A DNA stretch of 60,432 nt, counting the filler. It is 5 parts of 5 records of this genome, joined end to end, with 100 filler letters (N's around TTAATTAATTAA, not from the genome) between each part and the next. Parts side by side here need not be neighbours in the genome. Positions count along the whole stretch, not along the records: positions 1 to 12,050 come from SRR31156797_25928; positions 12,151 to 35,192 come from SRR31156797_25982; 3 more parts are not named here. One strand, written 5' to 3'. Position 1 is the stretch's first letter; each line of letters starts with the position of its first letter. Shown here one piece after another: positions 11,101 through 20,489 of the stretch. The position numbers were made by a program, and so were the translations under genes. Below the pieces are notes generated by a model. That model saw only the letters and a list, made by a program, of their open reading frames with translations, had not been told where the DNA came from and made no database searches.

Positions 11101-12049
11101 GGAACTTGCGGCTCCGGGGATCGTACTTGTCGATCGTCCCGTTCAGGCTGTTGGTCACCCAGAGGATATGGGAAACAGGGTCTTCGAAAACGCTGGTTAT
11201 GAGATTGGAACTGAGGGAATGGGAATCCGCCGGATCATGTCCGTAGGCGTAAAAGCGATCCCGCCGGGCATTGAGCCTTTCCAGGCCGGCTACGGCGCTG
11301 TCCAGGTGGCAGATCCAGATATTCCCCTGTGAGTCTTCAATGAGGTTGAAGATCTTATCGTCCCGCAGCCAGCCGGCCCGGTCCTCGGCCCGGTAATGGA
11401 CGAACGACTCCGATTCCCTGTCGAAACGGTTCAGCCCTCCGTCCCAGGTTCCCACCCACAGTACGCCGTTACGGTCCTCCAGAAGGGACCACACCGTATC
11501 GCTGGAGAGGCTCTTCTCATCGGCGGGATCGGATCGGAAACGGGTCCATACTCCGGTTTTTTCATTATAGCGATTCAAGCCTCCCCCGGCTGTGCCGACC
11601 CAGATCATACCCTGGCGGTCCTGCAATACGGCGGTGACATTGTCATGGCTGATGGTGTTGGGATCGGCCGGGTCATGGGAAAAACGAAGAAACCGTCCGG
11701 TCTCTTTATCAAGGATATTGAATCCCGAGAAGGTTCCCAGGAGGATCCGCCCGTCCCCGGATACGGTCAGGCGCTGGGGGCAGTAGCTGTCGTTCCTGTC
11801 GCTGCTGATGCTCCCGGGATCGTTCGGATCGTGCCTGTAATGCCGAAACCGTCCGCTCTCCTTGTCATAGCTGTTCAGGCCGTTGTCCTTTGTCAGTATC
11901 CATATGACTCCGTCCCCATCCTCAGCCATGGAAACCGTTCCCGGGCCGGAGACGGAGTTGGGTTCGCCCGAGGGAAAATACCTGACTTCGTACCCGTCGT
12001 ATCTGGCGATGCCTCCGTAATAGCAGAACCAGATGAATCCCTGGGAATC
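8111..12049 (-). CDS. Hybrid sensor histidine kinase (Reg_prop beta-propellers, Y_Y_Y, TM, PAS, HisKA, HATPase, REC); 5' end truncated
   Basis: Repeated D..G.lWiGT..GGLN.yd units, Y_Y_Y (RFAYMLEG...YTGL.GG.Y), PAS (SIGDAVIATD), AHDFNN, FEPFFSTK..GKGTGLGL and a C-terminal receiver. The frame stays open up to the gap. Confidence 0.93.
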   Translation of the reverse strand, partial: DSQGFIWFCYYGGIARYDGYEVRYFPSGEPNSVSGPGTVSMAEDGDGVIWILTKDNGLNSYDKESGRFRHYRHDPNDPGSISSDRNDSYCPQRLTVSGDGRILLGTFSGFNILDKETGRFLRFSHDPADPNTISHDNVTAVLQDRQGMIWVGTAGGGLNRYNEKTGVWTRFRSDPADEKSLSSDTVWSLLEDRNGVLWVGTWDGGLNRFDRESESFVHYRAEDRAGWLRDDKIFNLIEDSQGNIWICHLDSAVAGLERLNARRDRFYAYGHDPADSHSLSSNLITSVFEDPVSHILWVTNSLNGTIDKYDPRSRKFPRYRYNPADPDGLIGDTVLVFEEDGQGNIWISGMNGMNILDPDSGRFSHLMYDDVDPQLGNVVIAMAWEDDRHLWMLSNRGVLSLFDTAELVTVKRYMNIPGDPTSMMINTSTGGNLVQDRDDEDVLWISLTSGLERLNKRTGVFTHFVHDPADPQSISQGTVWSSWDDGRGGIWASTFGGLCRLDKKTLLFTRYVHDPDDPESIGFTKQSTVFEDSKGNFWVGGFTHGMDLMDRETETFRHFSKATGFPTSGVNQTIQEDDEGHLWIGTTDTGIIKFDIETKEVVTVYTSNDGVQDNHVWRSFKSRDGRMWFGGAFGVNAFHSREIRDNPLVPPVYLSGLSQGGVPVDLGKAPELLDEITLSWKENFFEFQFAALNYTKPEENRFAYMLEGRDKDWYYSGANPRGRYTGLEGGRYVLRMKASNNDGVWNETGRSLVINVIPPFWKTRLFRFLLILAIALTLLTVMWYLERLHFEIIQRKKSEMKLRQSEENLLITLNSIGDAVIATDTEGLVTRLNPVAESLTGWTAGEARGRMLKEVFHTIDAETRAPFESPVDQILSSGKADGLSRDTLLISRDGTEYHIADSGAPIASEAGEVYGMVLVFRNVSEEIALQEQLRQSQKLEAIGQLAGGVAHDFNNMLTGILGATNLLRENLPSGSQGPGKYIDMINDAAMRASDLTKKLLFFARKQSSSFKAIDLHRIIDDTVALMERTFDRRIEISIHQGALSSMINCDSSQIQNTLLNLGLNAAHAMEEGGRLYIETADVRVDSNHFIPGTAELEPGPYVSMTIRDEGSGMDPLTISRIFEPFFSTKEQGKGTGLGLSSVYSTVKQHKGSISVESSVGVGTTFTILLPVGENEPRDQERPQGQDMPENTGKGERILLIEDESIVRETMSTLLEIQGYNVSTAVNGLEGVQRFQADGADLVLVDMIMPLMSGSESFKRIREIDPDARIILLSGFSPEKDVKEMKRNGLNGFLMKPVDKNQLFKMMRRVLDG

Positions 12050-12050
12050 C

Positions 12051-12150
12051 NNNNNNNNNNNNNNNNNNNNNNNNNNNNNNNNNNNNNNNNNNNNTTAATT
12101 AATTAANNNNNNNNNNNNNNNNNNNNNNNNNNNNNNNNNNNNNNNNNNNN
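12051..12150. other. Artificial contig spacer
   Basis: N44-TTAATTAATTAA-N44. Confidence 0.99.
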
Positions 12151-13035
12151 GGACTGGGAGCAGTTGACATGGTCATTGGGGTGCAGGTGCTGGTATTCCC
12201 CTTTGTTATAACCCATGATTTCCAGCCCCCGGTTGGCAATAACCTCGTTGGCATTCATATTAGTCGAGGTGCCGGCGCCGCCCTGAAACATGTCAACGGG
12301 AAACTGGTCGTGCAGCTTGCCGTCTAAGATTTCGTCACAAGTTTGGCAGATAGCCTTCATCCTGACCTCATCAACACTACCAAGCTCGTGGTTGGCCAGA
12401 GCAGTTGCCTTTTTAACCATTGCCAGAGCTTCAATCATGTGATCAAAATTAGTAAGATGAATCCCGGAAATGGCAAAATTTTCTATGGCCCGCTGGGTCT
12501 GAACGCCATAATAAACATGGTCGGAAATCTCTCGAGTTCCCAGAGAGTCATGCTCCCGGCGGAAACCGCTGATCACTATGGTATCATTTTTATTGTTTTC
12601 ATGCATTCTGTCAGCTAGCATTCGCATTCGACGATTAATGCAAACCGCAACCTGGGAAACAATCCGGTAAAAATAATCAGGATACTCCCCCTTAAACGCT
12701 TCAATATTATCCCGAGATATCTGCCATATTTTTACGCCGCCTCTGGTGAATGCACCGTTTGAGTGTGCATCATCTCCAAGGAAGGCCCCTTCGCTAATTA
12801 TGGATCCTGCAACCATGGAACCGGCCTTGCGGGCGATGCCATGCAAGCCGCGCATCAACTCCAACTCTCCTTCTAGGATAACTCCAGCCCATTGTCGTGG
12901 AGTGGCTTCATGAAAAATCCATTCATTTTGGCAATATACCTGTTCTTTGCCCTCAGTAAAAAAAAATGCCAGATCTTTTTCGCTAATGCCCGTTGATCTG
13001 GCTGCCAGTTGGATAATGCTCTGTTCAATTGTCAT
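12151..13035 (-). CDS. aspA: Aspartate ammonia-lyase with N-terminal cyclic nucleotide-binding-like domain; 3' end truncated
   Basis: From about residue 157: RREHDSLG...YYGVQTQRAIENF...QGGAGTSTNMNANEVIANR...HPNDHVNCSQS. The first ~145 aa follow a cNMP/CRP pattern (IFHE.TP...VILEGELEL...GSIISE). Confidence 0.9.
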
Positions 13036-13104
13036 CTTCTTAGTACACTTTTACCCCTGAAATATTCTAATGCCCCATCAACAGGACTCTATTCCTAATT
13101 TTAT

Positions 13105-13262
13105 GGGTACCTTAAAAAATTAGGTTTTTCGATTAAGGTCAGGTAAGTCCCGACTCCGAGGCGCACGATGAATTTTACCACAGGCATATGCTTGGTATTC
13201 CGAGGCCAAAATTTTGAGTGTAACGCCGAGATTGGAAGGAAAAGCAATTTTTCAAGGTATCC
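13105..13262. mobile_element. Putative MITE / non-autonomous repeat element (~158 bp)
   Basis: 17-bp terminal inverted repeats GGGTACCTTAAAAAATT / AATTTTTCAAGGTATCC (15/17), TA dinucleotides just outside both ends, an internal stem, and no credible ORF. Confidence 0.65.
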
Positions 13263-13453
13263 TTATGCCTTACTGCACCATTGCGCTATTGTTATCCCAC
13301 ACATCTCAAATACAAAAAAAAATTGCTACCAACAAAAGTTCATTCGGAACCTTATTGATTGCAAAATGAAAATGGAAGCAAACAACAATATACGGAAATA
13401 GGTTACTTTATTTCCCAACACTTACAGGCTAACAATGGTGGCCACTAAAAGAG

Positions 13454-13702
13454 TTAGCTTTTAAGATATTTCCTCAACCCTTTTTGTGTAATTATAGAAT
13501 GATTACCATCAATATCGCATTGAATTTCCCCAGACTGATGCATCCTCAAAAGGATATCTTTCAAACTAGTGCGGCTAAGCTGTAATTTTTTAGATATATC
13601 TTCAATATCTACCGCCATAGGACTCGAATGCTTCAAATTTTTATGCAGAATATCGAGAACACATAACTTTTCATTAAAGTCGGTTATCATAACTTTCTCC
13701 AA
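13454..13702 (-). CDS. Small winged-helix-like hypothetical protein
   Basis: 82 aa. VDIEDISKKLQLSRTSLKDILLRMHQSGEIQC...IITQKG fits a wHTH pattern. TTG start. Confidence 0.55.
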   Translation of the reverse strand: MEKVMITDFNEKLCVLDILHKNLKHSSPMAVDIEDISKKLQLSRTSLKDILLRMHQSGEIQCDIDGNHSIITQKGLRKYLKS

Positions 13703-13814
13703 ATAGTCAACACGTAATAATTAATCCCAAAAACGACGAATAAAAAATAAATATTTATTACAATTCCAGTAAAGTACATTAATAACAAAAGGCCTTGCCA
13801 CGCACCATTACTTC

Positions 13815-14774
13815 TCACTGGATATACTTCAGCCCCTTTATCTTGTGCGGCGAAATTTCCTGCAGCCCAAAGGCGCCTTTCAGATCATGTTCCAGCTGCT
13901 CATCATGCGTTATGACAACAAGCCCGAGTACATTTGGAACATTGGTGGTTGGCGAGACTTGAAGTTCCCTGTCCGTAGCATCAACTAAACATCCCCCCTT
14001 ATCCTCGGTCAGGATGGTTCCTTTGAGCCGATACCACCGCGACTGAAACGGCTGCAATCGAGTTAAAAGATCAGCGGCAGTTTTGCCTGCCGGCGGGAGC
14101 AGCACAAAGCTCACTGGGCGCCCCGCCTCTCCCCAGCCTGCGTACTGCTCCTTATCCACACTCTGATATGCCCCCGAACGATTCTTGAGCATTTCCAACA
14201 GATCCACATCGAACTCGTCAGATAAAAAGGACAGGATCGGCTTGTCAGGATACTTACTACTCAGGTCCGCCCGCAACTCATCGGCTTCAGAGTCAGAAAT
14301 TAAATTAGTCTTACTCAGAAGGACCAAGCCACTGGCATCAATCTGCTCATGGATCACCATAAGACTCTGCTCAAGAATGCGGTGGCGCAGGGCGTCAACC
14401 ACGCTCACCATACCTAAACAGGTGAACTGTCCAGCTGCTTTTTTGCCAATTACCTCAACAATATCCTGCAGGGTCGAAGGCTTAGCCAGACCGGAACATT
14501 CGACCAATATAAGATCCGGACAAATATCCCGGTAAGCGAGCACCGCATCAATAAATGAACCGGAAAGACAGGAGCAGAATATCTGCCCGGACTTCAACTC
14601 TTTGATTTCACCGCTGATATGCTCGTGATCAAGAAGCTTTGAATCCACCATCAGCTCCCCGAAATCATTAACAATAACACCGAGCTTCAGATGACTGTAC
14701 TTCTGCAGCATCAAATTGAGCAGGGTTGTTTTCCCCGCACCAAGAAAGCCGCTGACAAACAAATAGGAAATCAC
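13815..14774 (-). CDS. CobW/COG0523 (G3E) metal-chaperone GTPase
   Basis: SGFLGAGKTT, VIVNDFG, FCSC, VECSGLAKP, LSKTNL. Its start overlaps the MT2 stop. Confidence 0.9.
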   Translation of the reverse strand: MISYLFVSGFLGAGKTTLLNLMLQKYSHLKLGVIVNDFGELMVDSKLLDHEHISGEIKELKSGQIFCSCLSGSFIDAVLAYRDICPDLILVECSGLAKPSTLQDIVEVIGKKAAGQFTCLGMVSVVDALRHRILEQSLMVIHEQIDASGLVLLSKTNLISDSEADELRADLSSKYPDKPILSFLSDEFDVDLLEMLKNRSGAYQSVDKEQYAGWGEAGRPVSFVLLPPAGKTAADLLTRLQPFQSRWYRLKGTILTEDKGGCLVDATDRELQVSPTTNVPNVLGLVVITHDEQLEHDLKGAFGLQEISPHKIKGLKYIQ

Positions 14775-16123
14775 AGAAGATCCTCAATCTCGGCAAACAG
14801 TTCTGACTGCGACGGAATCAAGGAGGAGTACTTCAATTCGCCGTTGATATAAATTGAGGGAAGTTGCTTTACCCCCATTTCCCTGCAGCGGGCAATATTC
14901 TGAGGTTCTGTGTACATATATTCGACCACATCAATGGCGTAACCGAACTTATCCTTAGCATCCATGGCAACAGCAAGCATATAGGTACAGGCCGCGCAAG
15001 CAGTGGAATCGAGGGTAAACACTTCAACAAGAGGCTTGTCCAGGTTGGCATATTCCGGGAGTTCACCTTCAAAAACAATCTCCGTGGATTGATAATTTGC
15101 TATCATCTTGCGCACAGCCTCTGTGTTGTGGGCTGCCTGCTCTGCTGCAATCACGTTTTCCGCCGGCGTTTCATAAGGAAGGTCGCAGCCGGGGGCCAGG
15201 ATGTAATTATCAGTTGAAGGGAGCGAGTCGATCAGATCGATTGCACCTTTCATATTGTCCTGCTGCGATCCATGCAGCATCACCGTTGTCAGTGGGAGAT
15301 TCCCACCCAGCACAACATTATGCTTGTCACATATTTCCTTTGCTGCCACCAAATCGACATTTTCATCAACGGAAATGGAGTCGCAGCCGGTCAAACACAT
15401 CTGGTCCAATTTCTTGGTGGCATCACCACAGACAAAGAAGGAGGATCGGATTCCCTTTTCATGAATACACTCAAAAAGTTCAGAAAAAGGAGTATGCATA
15501 AACTTTTTGAAGTGTCTGGGTGAAATCTGCGAGATCATCGGATCCACTACAGCAATGACATCCATACCGGTCTCCATAACGTAACCGGCGACTTTTTTGG
15601 AGACCTCGCAGCAATACTGCATAAGACTCTGCATGTAGTCAGGTTTCTCTATCATATCCATAAAGATCTCCGTTCCGCGAAGATGAAGCGCCAGAGTGAA
15701 TGGCCCTGTGATAAGACCATAAAGTGCGGTGGTCTCGCCAAACGCTGCCTTGGCACGACGCATCACGTCCAGCTCTATGGGCAACCGCCCCATGTCGGCA
15801 GTAATTTCCTGCTCAACAATTTCATCTGTTTCAGCAAAGGGATGGGTTTTCACTGTGGGAGGGGAATCAGGAGCCCAGAGCAGCTCGCAACCAAGCATTT
15901 CAGCTTCAATCTGCAGATCAAACATAATTGGCTGACCGTCAGGCTTGTAAAGCTCATTAACTTTAAGTAGAGATTCAAAACACTTGCCAGCTTCCTTATA
16001 GACTTCTTCAGCATTATAGCCGACCAGTTTCCCGGCATGCACACCGGCAAAAGGAACCCATGGAATGGTATCAACTTTTTGTCTGTTAAGCACCTGAAGT
16101 ATAAGTTCTTTTCCTGTAGTCAT
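14771..16123 (-). CDS. UroD/MtaA-family methylcorrinoid methyltransferase (MT2) with C-terminal thioredoxin-fold domain
   Basis: PWVPFAGVH, EAEMLGC, GPFTLA, VVDPM.SQISP, LGGNLP, ILAPGCD. The C-terminal ~90 aa contain CAAC and GVKQLPSIYING. Confidence 0.85.
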   Translation of the reverse strand: MTTGKELILQVLNRQKVDTIPWVPFAGVHAGKLVGYNAEEVYKEAGKCFESLLKVNELYKPDGQPIMFDLQIEAEMLGCELLWAPDSPPTVKTHPFAETDEIVEQEITADMGRLPIELDVMRRAKAAFGETTALYGLITGPFTLALHLRGTEIFMDMIEKPDYMQSLMQYCCEVSKKVAGYVMETGMDVIAVVDPMISQISPRHFKKFMHTPFSELFECIHEKGIRSSFFVCGDATKKLDQMCLTGCDSISVDENVDLVAAKEICDKHNVVLGGNLPLTTVMLHGSQQDNMKGAIDLIDSLPSTDNYILAPGCDLPYETPAENVIAAEQAAHNTEAVRKMIANYQSTEIVFEGELPEYANLDKPLVEVFTLDSTACAACTYMLAVAMDAKDKFGYAIDVVEYMYTEPQNIARCREMGVKQLPSIYINGELKYSSLIPSQSELFAEIEDLL

Positions 16124-16264
16124 AGTATTTTCTTCTTTGAGATTACATTATGAGTTCTATTTAATACATACAATGCAGTTCACATGAGGATTCCAACCAA
16201 ACACAATGGGCAAAACCACATACAAATGCCTTGTAAATGTTTCGAAACAAAAAATTCTCCGGCA

Positions 16265-18085
16265 TCACCGGAAACACATTCCATTAACAAATTCGTCCTG
16301 AAAATCCTGATGACTAGACACAGCAACATGTTGAATGGAGAACACATTTTCTTTTATATCCTTTTTCAGGATATCCTTATCACAGAGGGCAAGCTTAGCT
16401 CCTTCCCCTGCAGCGTTCCCTAGAGAGACCACTTTTTCGAGATCAATCTCCGGGAAAACTCCTATTTTCCTGGCGCTCTCTTTGTTGACAAAGTTTCCAA
16501 AAGCACCTGCAAGAAAAATCCTATCAATTTCTTCAAATTTCACTTGGGCAACGTTGAGTAAAATATTAATACCTGCCCTGATCGCACCCTTTGCAAGCTG
16601 CAGTTCTCTTATATCCTTTTGACTTATATAAATGATGTCTCCGTTTTGACTTTCACTTTCATAAGCTAGGGCAATACGTTTTCTTCTGTTCTTTTTACAT
16701 ATTCTTTTTGATAAACAGTGAGTGTCGATTTGTTCAGGTTCTGCAATCCTGCCACTTTCATCGACAAGCCCTGTCCTTAGAAGCTGACTCACTATATCTA
16801 TCAGACCGGAACCGCAGATCCCTTTAGCCGGTGCATTATCTATGGTTGTAAAGTGCAGATCATCACCTATAAACATACTATTTATTGCCCCACTAAAGGC
16901 TTGCATACCATGCTCTATACTTGCACCTTCAAAAGCCGGCCCGGCAGCAGTTGAGCATGCATACATCTGCCCCTGAGCGGAAAGAACAATCTCTCCGTTT
17001 GTCCCCAGATCTACAATCAGGACATTTTCCTTACTTCTTTTGACACCTGAAGCAATAACCGCACCAAGCGTATCTGAACCGAGGAAGCCCCCTATGCCTG
17101 GTAAAAACACAACTTTCCCAGTGGTGTTCATACCTGAAATTCCAGCCTTGCCTGCACCTTCTACTATCATGTCCCTGGTGACAGGGTTAAACGGCACTCC
17201 AGAGAGGCTGACAGGATTGAGCCCCCAAAAAATATGCTGCATGGTAGCGTTCCCAACCAACACACTTTCATATATATGATTTTCTTTAATATGTGCCCGA
17301 CGACAGACTTTTTTTAACAGTTCGCTGATACCTTCTTTAACCTTTGCACTCAAGACATGAAGCCCGTCATCATTTTGCAGGCAAAAATTAATCCTTGATA
17401 TGACATCAGCGCCATAAGCTGCCTGTGGGTTCTGCATAGACTCAACACAAACCTGTTTACCAACACTCAAGTCTATGAGATAGCAGGCTATAGTGGTAGT
17501 TCCTATATCAATTGCAGCTCCAAATTTTGCATACCGTGTATCCCCACACTCAACATCTATAAGTTGTTCATCATAGAGGGTTAACGTAATTGCATTTCCA
17601 TAGAGTTTCTTATTGGATATTTTCCTAAGAACATCTAATTGAACATCAACCTTTCCAACAGTATCCCTGACACATTCAACTACAGAAAGATCATCTTCAA
17701 TACTTGGTTCATCGACATGTATTAATCGTTTAGAGATACTGCTCTTCACGAGGTATTTACCAGATGCCTGTATTTTCTCCTTTGAATGGTTAATGACTCT
17801 ATCTTCTGCAAGGCAGACAGTTGCCTGACCGTTTATAAGTGTTTTGCATGCTAACCGTATCCCCTTTTCTTTCTCCTCACAGGTCAGAAAACGAAGTTCA
17901 TCGCTGGAAAGATCACTGACATCTCCAGTCACCCTCACCTTGCATTTCCCGCAAATACCTTTTCCCCCGCAAGGAGTATACAGCAGAACATTTTCCTGCA
18001 CGAGGAGGTCAAGCAAGCTGCAACCTGCTCCCTTCAATTTAACAACCCTTTCCAATGGCTGCATATGTGATGCGATACAATTCAA
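16265..18085 (-). CDS. ASKHA-domain reductive activase of corrinoid proteins (RACE, COG3894) with N-terminal 2Fe-2S ferredoxin
   Basis: CGGKGICGKC..RLAC, AIDIGTTT, NPQ..YGADVISRI, DLGTNGE, STAAGPAFEG, GICGSG, DIRELQLAKGAI. AGGAGGAG RBS. Confidence 0.93.
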   Translation of the reverse strand: MNCIASHMQPLERVVKLKGAGCSLLDLLVQENVLLYTPCGGKGICGKCKVRVTGDVSDLSSDELRFLTCEEKEKGIRLACKTLINGQATVCLAEDRVINHSKEKIQASGKYLVKSSISKRLIHVDEPSIEDDLSVVECVRDTVGKVDVQLDVLRKISNKKLYGNAITLTLYDEQLIDVECGDTRYAKFGAAIDIGTTTIACYLIDLSVGKQVCVESMQNPQAAYGADVISRINFCLQNDDGLHVLSAKVKEGISELLKKVCRRAHIKENHIYESVLVGNATMQHIFWGLNPVSLSGVPFNPVTRDMIVEGAGKAGISGMNTTGKVVFLPGIGGFLGSDTLGAVIASGVKRSKENVLIVDLGTNGEIVLSAQGQMYACSTAAGPAFEGASIEHGMQAFSGAINSMFIGDDLHFTTIDNAPAKGICGSGLIDIVSQLLRTGLVDESGRIAEPEQIDTHCLSKRICKKNRRKRIALAYESESQNGDIIYISQKDIRELQLAKGAIRAGINILLNVAQVKFEEIDRIFLAGAFGNFVNKESARKIGVFPEIDLEKVVSLGNAAGEGAKLALCDKDILKKDIKENVFSIQHVAVSSHQDFQDEFVNGMCFR

Positions 18086-18234
18086 TCTAGGGCTCCTCCT
18101 ACTTGACTTTCAGATAAACAGGTCTTCACGGAACAATGACAGTGCTTCGCTGGTAATCATGAACAAACAGATTCCCTGGTGTCACCATGCGAAATGTAAA
18201 AATAAAGTTACAAGGAGAGGACATCATCCAAACG

Positions 18235-20217
18235 CTACCTTGCGTAACTAACAGGCTGAGCGCTCAAACTTGGCCGCCCGGTTGCAGTAACTCCAAATGC
18301 TGTCTCCACGTGAACCCCTTTAACTCCTTCAGCAGAATCAACAAATAAATCCCGGTCATTCACTATAATTTCGAAGTCTTGCACACCGGCTTTTCCTGCC
18401 TCTGCTTCAATTTTTTCATTGGCAATTTTGAGTGCATATATTTTTGCTTTTTCCACATCCTGAAATTTTACCCTTTCCCATGGTGCGTACAGCACCACAC
18501 CATCCGCAGAGTCCGTTTTAATAAGTATACTTATCCTTTGTATCCACTTCCCGGTTGCTGCTCCAACAGCATTTGCTACTTCATGGTTTTCAGGAATTAT
18601 AATTTCAGCATTAACTTTTTTAGCTACTGACGGGATATAAGCCTTTACCGGAGCGCCTACGGCTACAATAGGAAAATGAATCTTTGGCGTGATACCAAAT
18701 GACGAGTTGCTGTCTGGATGAAGCATTTTCCTGATAAAATACTGCGCATCACTGCTTTTCTTCAGCTGCACATCGCTCAGTTCACTATCAAGGAGAGTTT
18801 GAAAAATTAACTTGCTAATTTTTTCGCAAATTCTTTCTTTTGAATGTTCCAAAAAGCCATCGATGGTCATGCCAAGCTTATCGGCTAAAATTTGCGCCCC
18901 TATTCTAGAAGCGTCACTGTTCCATCGTGCATATACGCCGCTGGCATGCAGGATATCTGTTGGAGTAAGCGATATCTTTCGCACAACTCCTTTATCGAGC
19001 AGAGGGGCGATGTCGAAGAACCGATATTGCCTCCTCATACATTTCTCAACATACGAGGTCACATGCGGCCCTGACTCCAACAGCCTGACAAGGGCCTGCT
19101 CCTTTTCAGTGAAAGCATCACTTCCACTGGCAGCAACAAGCATTAAGCAATCGGCAGGATTTGATTTGGACACTGCCTGCTGCGTTTCCCGAAGACCTGC
19201 AAGCTCACCAACAAGATAGGGGTATTTATGAGCCGCGACACAAAGAGGTACCACTTTCTGAGGACCAATAATCAACTGCTTATTGCTGTCGGCCTGGATA
19301 TAACTGTCACCACCTACACCGTAAGTGTTTATGTCAACAGCCTGAACCCGGGTTAGCCACCCATCAACCGACGCACCTTCCGGGTTAACCTTTGGCACAC
19401 CACCCTGTACAACGGCAATATCTGTGGTCGTCCCCCCCATATCTAAAACCAGTGCATCTGTACAATCTGTTAACGAAGTGCTGCCAATTATACTTGATGC
19501 AGGACCGGAAAGGATGGTCTCAATCGGCCTTTCTTTAGCCACATTTTCATCCATCAACGACCCATCTCCTTTAACTATCATCAATGGGGCGTTAACATCT
19601 AAATCTGCAAGAACTGTATTTATTGACTCAATCAGATCAACTATTATTGGAACCAACTGAGCGTTTAAGACGGTGGTTACAGTTCTTTCGTAATAACCTA
19701 GGGATCTTGACAACTGATGTGCACAAACAACTGGAATACTCAACGCCTCCTGCACCTGTTGCAGTACATACAATTCATGCTCAGGGTTCCTCACGCTAAA
19801 ATATCCTGAAATCGCCACTGCACTTACTTTCCCCCTAAATTCATCGACAGCATCAATAATTTCCTGGGGATTGACATTCTCAAGAGAAACACCTTTGACA
19901 TCGTGTCCCCCTTTTATTTTCTTACAGTACTTTACCGGAAGCTTGCCTTCAGGCTTCCTTCCAATAATAATCAGCCCGGCCTCACAGCCACGACCTTCAA
20001 CAATTGCATTTGTTGCTAAAGTAGTTGATAGAGAAACCCCACAAATACCTTTCTTACCATCCACACCAAGCGAACACATGCACGCCTTTATGCACTTGGT
20101 TAAGTCATCATAGGTGGTCAACAATTTAGCTTTTTTTATGATGGCATGACTTGATACATCAAAAAGAACACCGTCGGTATAGGTGCCCCCTGTATCAATA
20201 CCTAATATTAGACTCAT
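18235..20217 (-). CDS. Hydantoinase/oxoprolinase family protein
   Basis: LGIDTGGTYTD, STTLATNAIVEGRG, ERTVTTVLNA, ETILSGPASS, DMGGTTTD, VANAVGA. Start placed at MSLILG (20217). Confidence 0.9.
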   Translation of the reverse strand: MSLILGIDTGGTYTDGVLFDVSSHAIIKKAKLLTTYDDLTKCIKACMCSLGVDGKKGICGVSLSTTLATNAIVEGRGCEAGLIIIGRKPEGKLPVKYCKKIKGGHDVKGVSLENVNPQEIIDAVDEFRGKVSAVAISGYFSVRNPEHELYVLQQVQEALSIPVVCAHQLSRSLGYYERTVTTVLNAQLVPIIVDLIESINTVLADLDVNAPLMIVKGDGSLMDENVAKERPIETILSGPASSIIGSTSLTDCTDALVLDMGGTTTDIAVVQGGVPKVNPEGASVDGWLTRVQAVDINTYGVGGDSYIQADSNKQLIIGPQKVVPLCVAAHKYPYLVGELAGLRETQQAVSKSNPADCLMLVAASGSDAFTEKEQALVRLLESGPHVTSYVEKCMRRQYRFFDIAPLLDKGVVRKISLTPTDILHASGVYARWNSDASRIGAQILADKLGMTIDGFLEHSKERICEKISKLIFQTLLDSELSDVQLKKSSDAQYFIRKMLHPDSNSSFGITPKIHFPIVAVGAPVKAYIPSVAKKVNAEIIIPENHEVANAVGAATGKWIQRISILIKTDSADGVVLYAPWERVKFQDVEKAKIYALKIANEKIEAEAGKAGVQDFEIIVNDRDLFVDSAEGVKGVHVETAFGVTATGRPSLSAQPVSYAR

Positions 20218-20443
20218 TACTTTTTCCCTTTTACAAAGAATCAATCAAACAGCTCGTGACACGAAACAACAACCGCTTGCACTCATAATTGTTTATCCAT
20301 TGAACTGTTTAAAATCCCCATCGCGTAAAGGATCTCTATTTTATTACATCTCAGACAGCCGCTATGTATCCACCACAGAGGCTCTAACTATCCGGAATCA
20401 CACATCTCGAAGACGCAAGTCGTTACAACAAGAGATGACGAGA

Positions 20444-20473
20444 CGGCGACTGACAGGGAAAAATCAGTCGCCG
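20444..20473. terminator. Hairpin downstream of the mttB homologue
   Basis: CGGCGACTGA-N10-TCAGTCGCCG, a perfect 10-bp stem. Confidence 0.55.
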
Positions 20474-20489
20474 CTCCGACACAGCGTCA

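Noticed and set aside
12095-12106. Repeated TTAATTAATTAA palindrome as a biological repeat or att site
   Set aside because: It is always centred in N runs and is an artificial six-frame stop linker.
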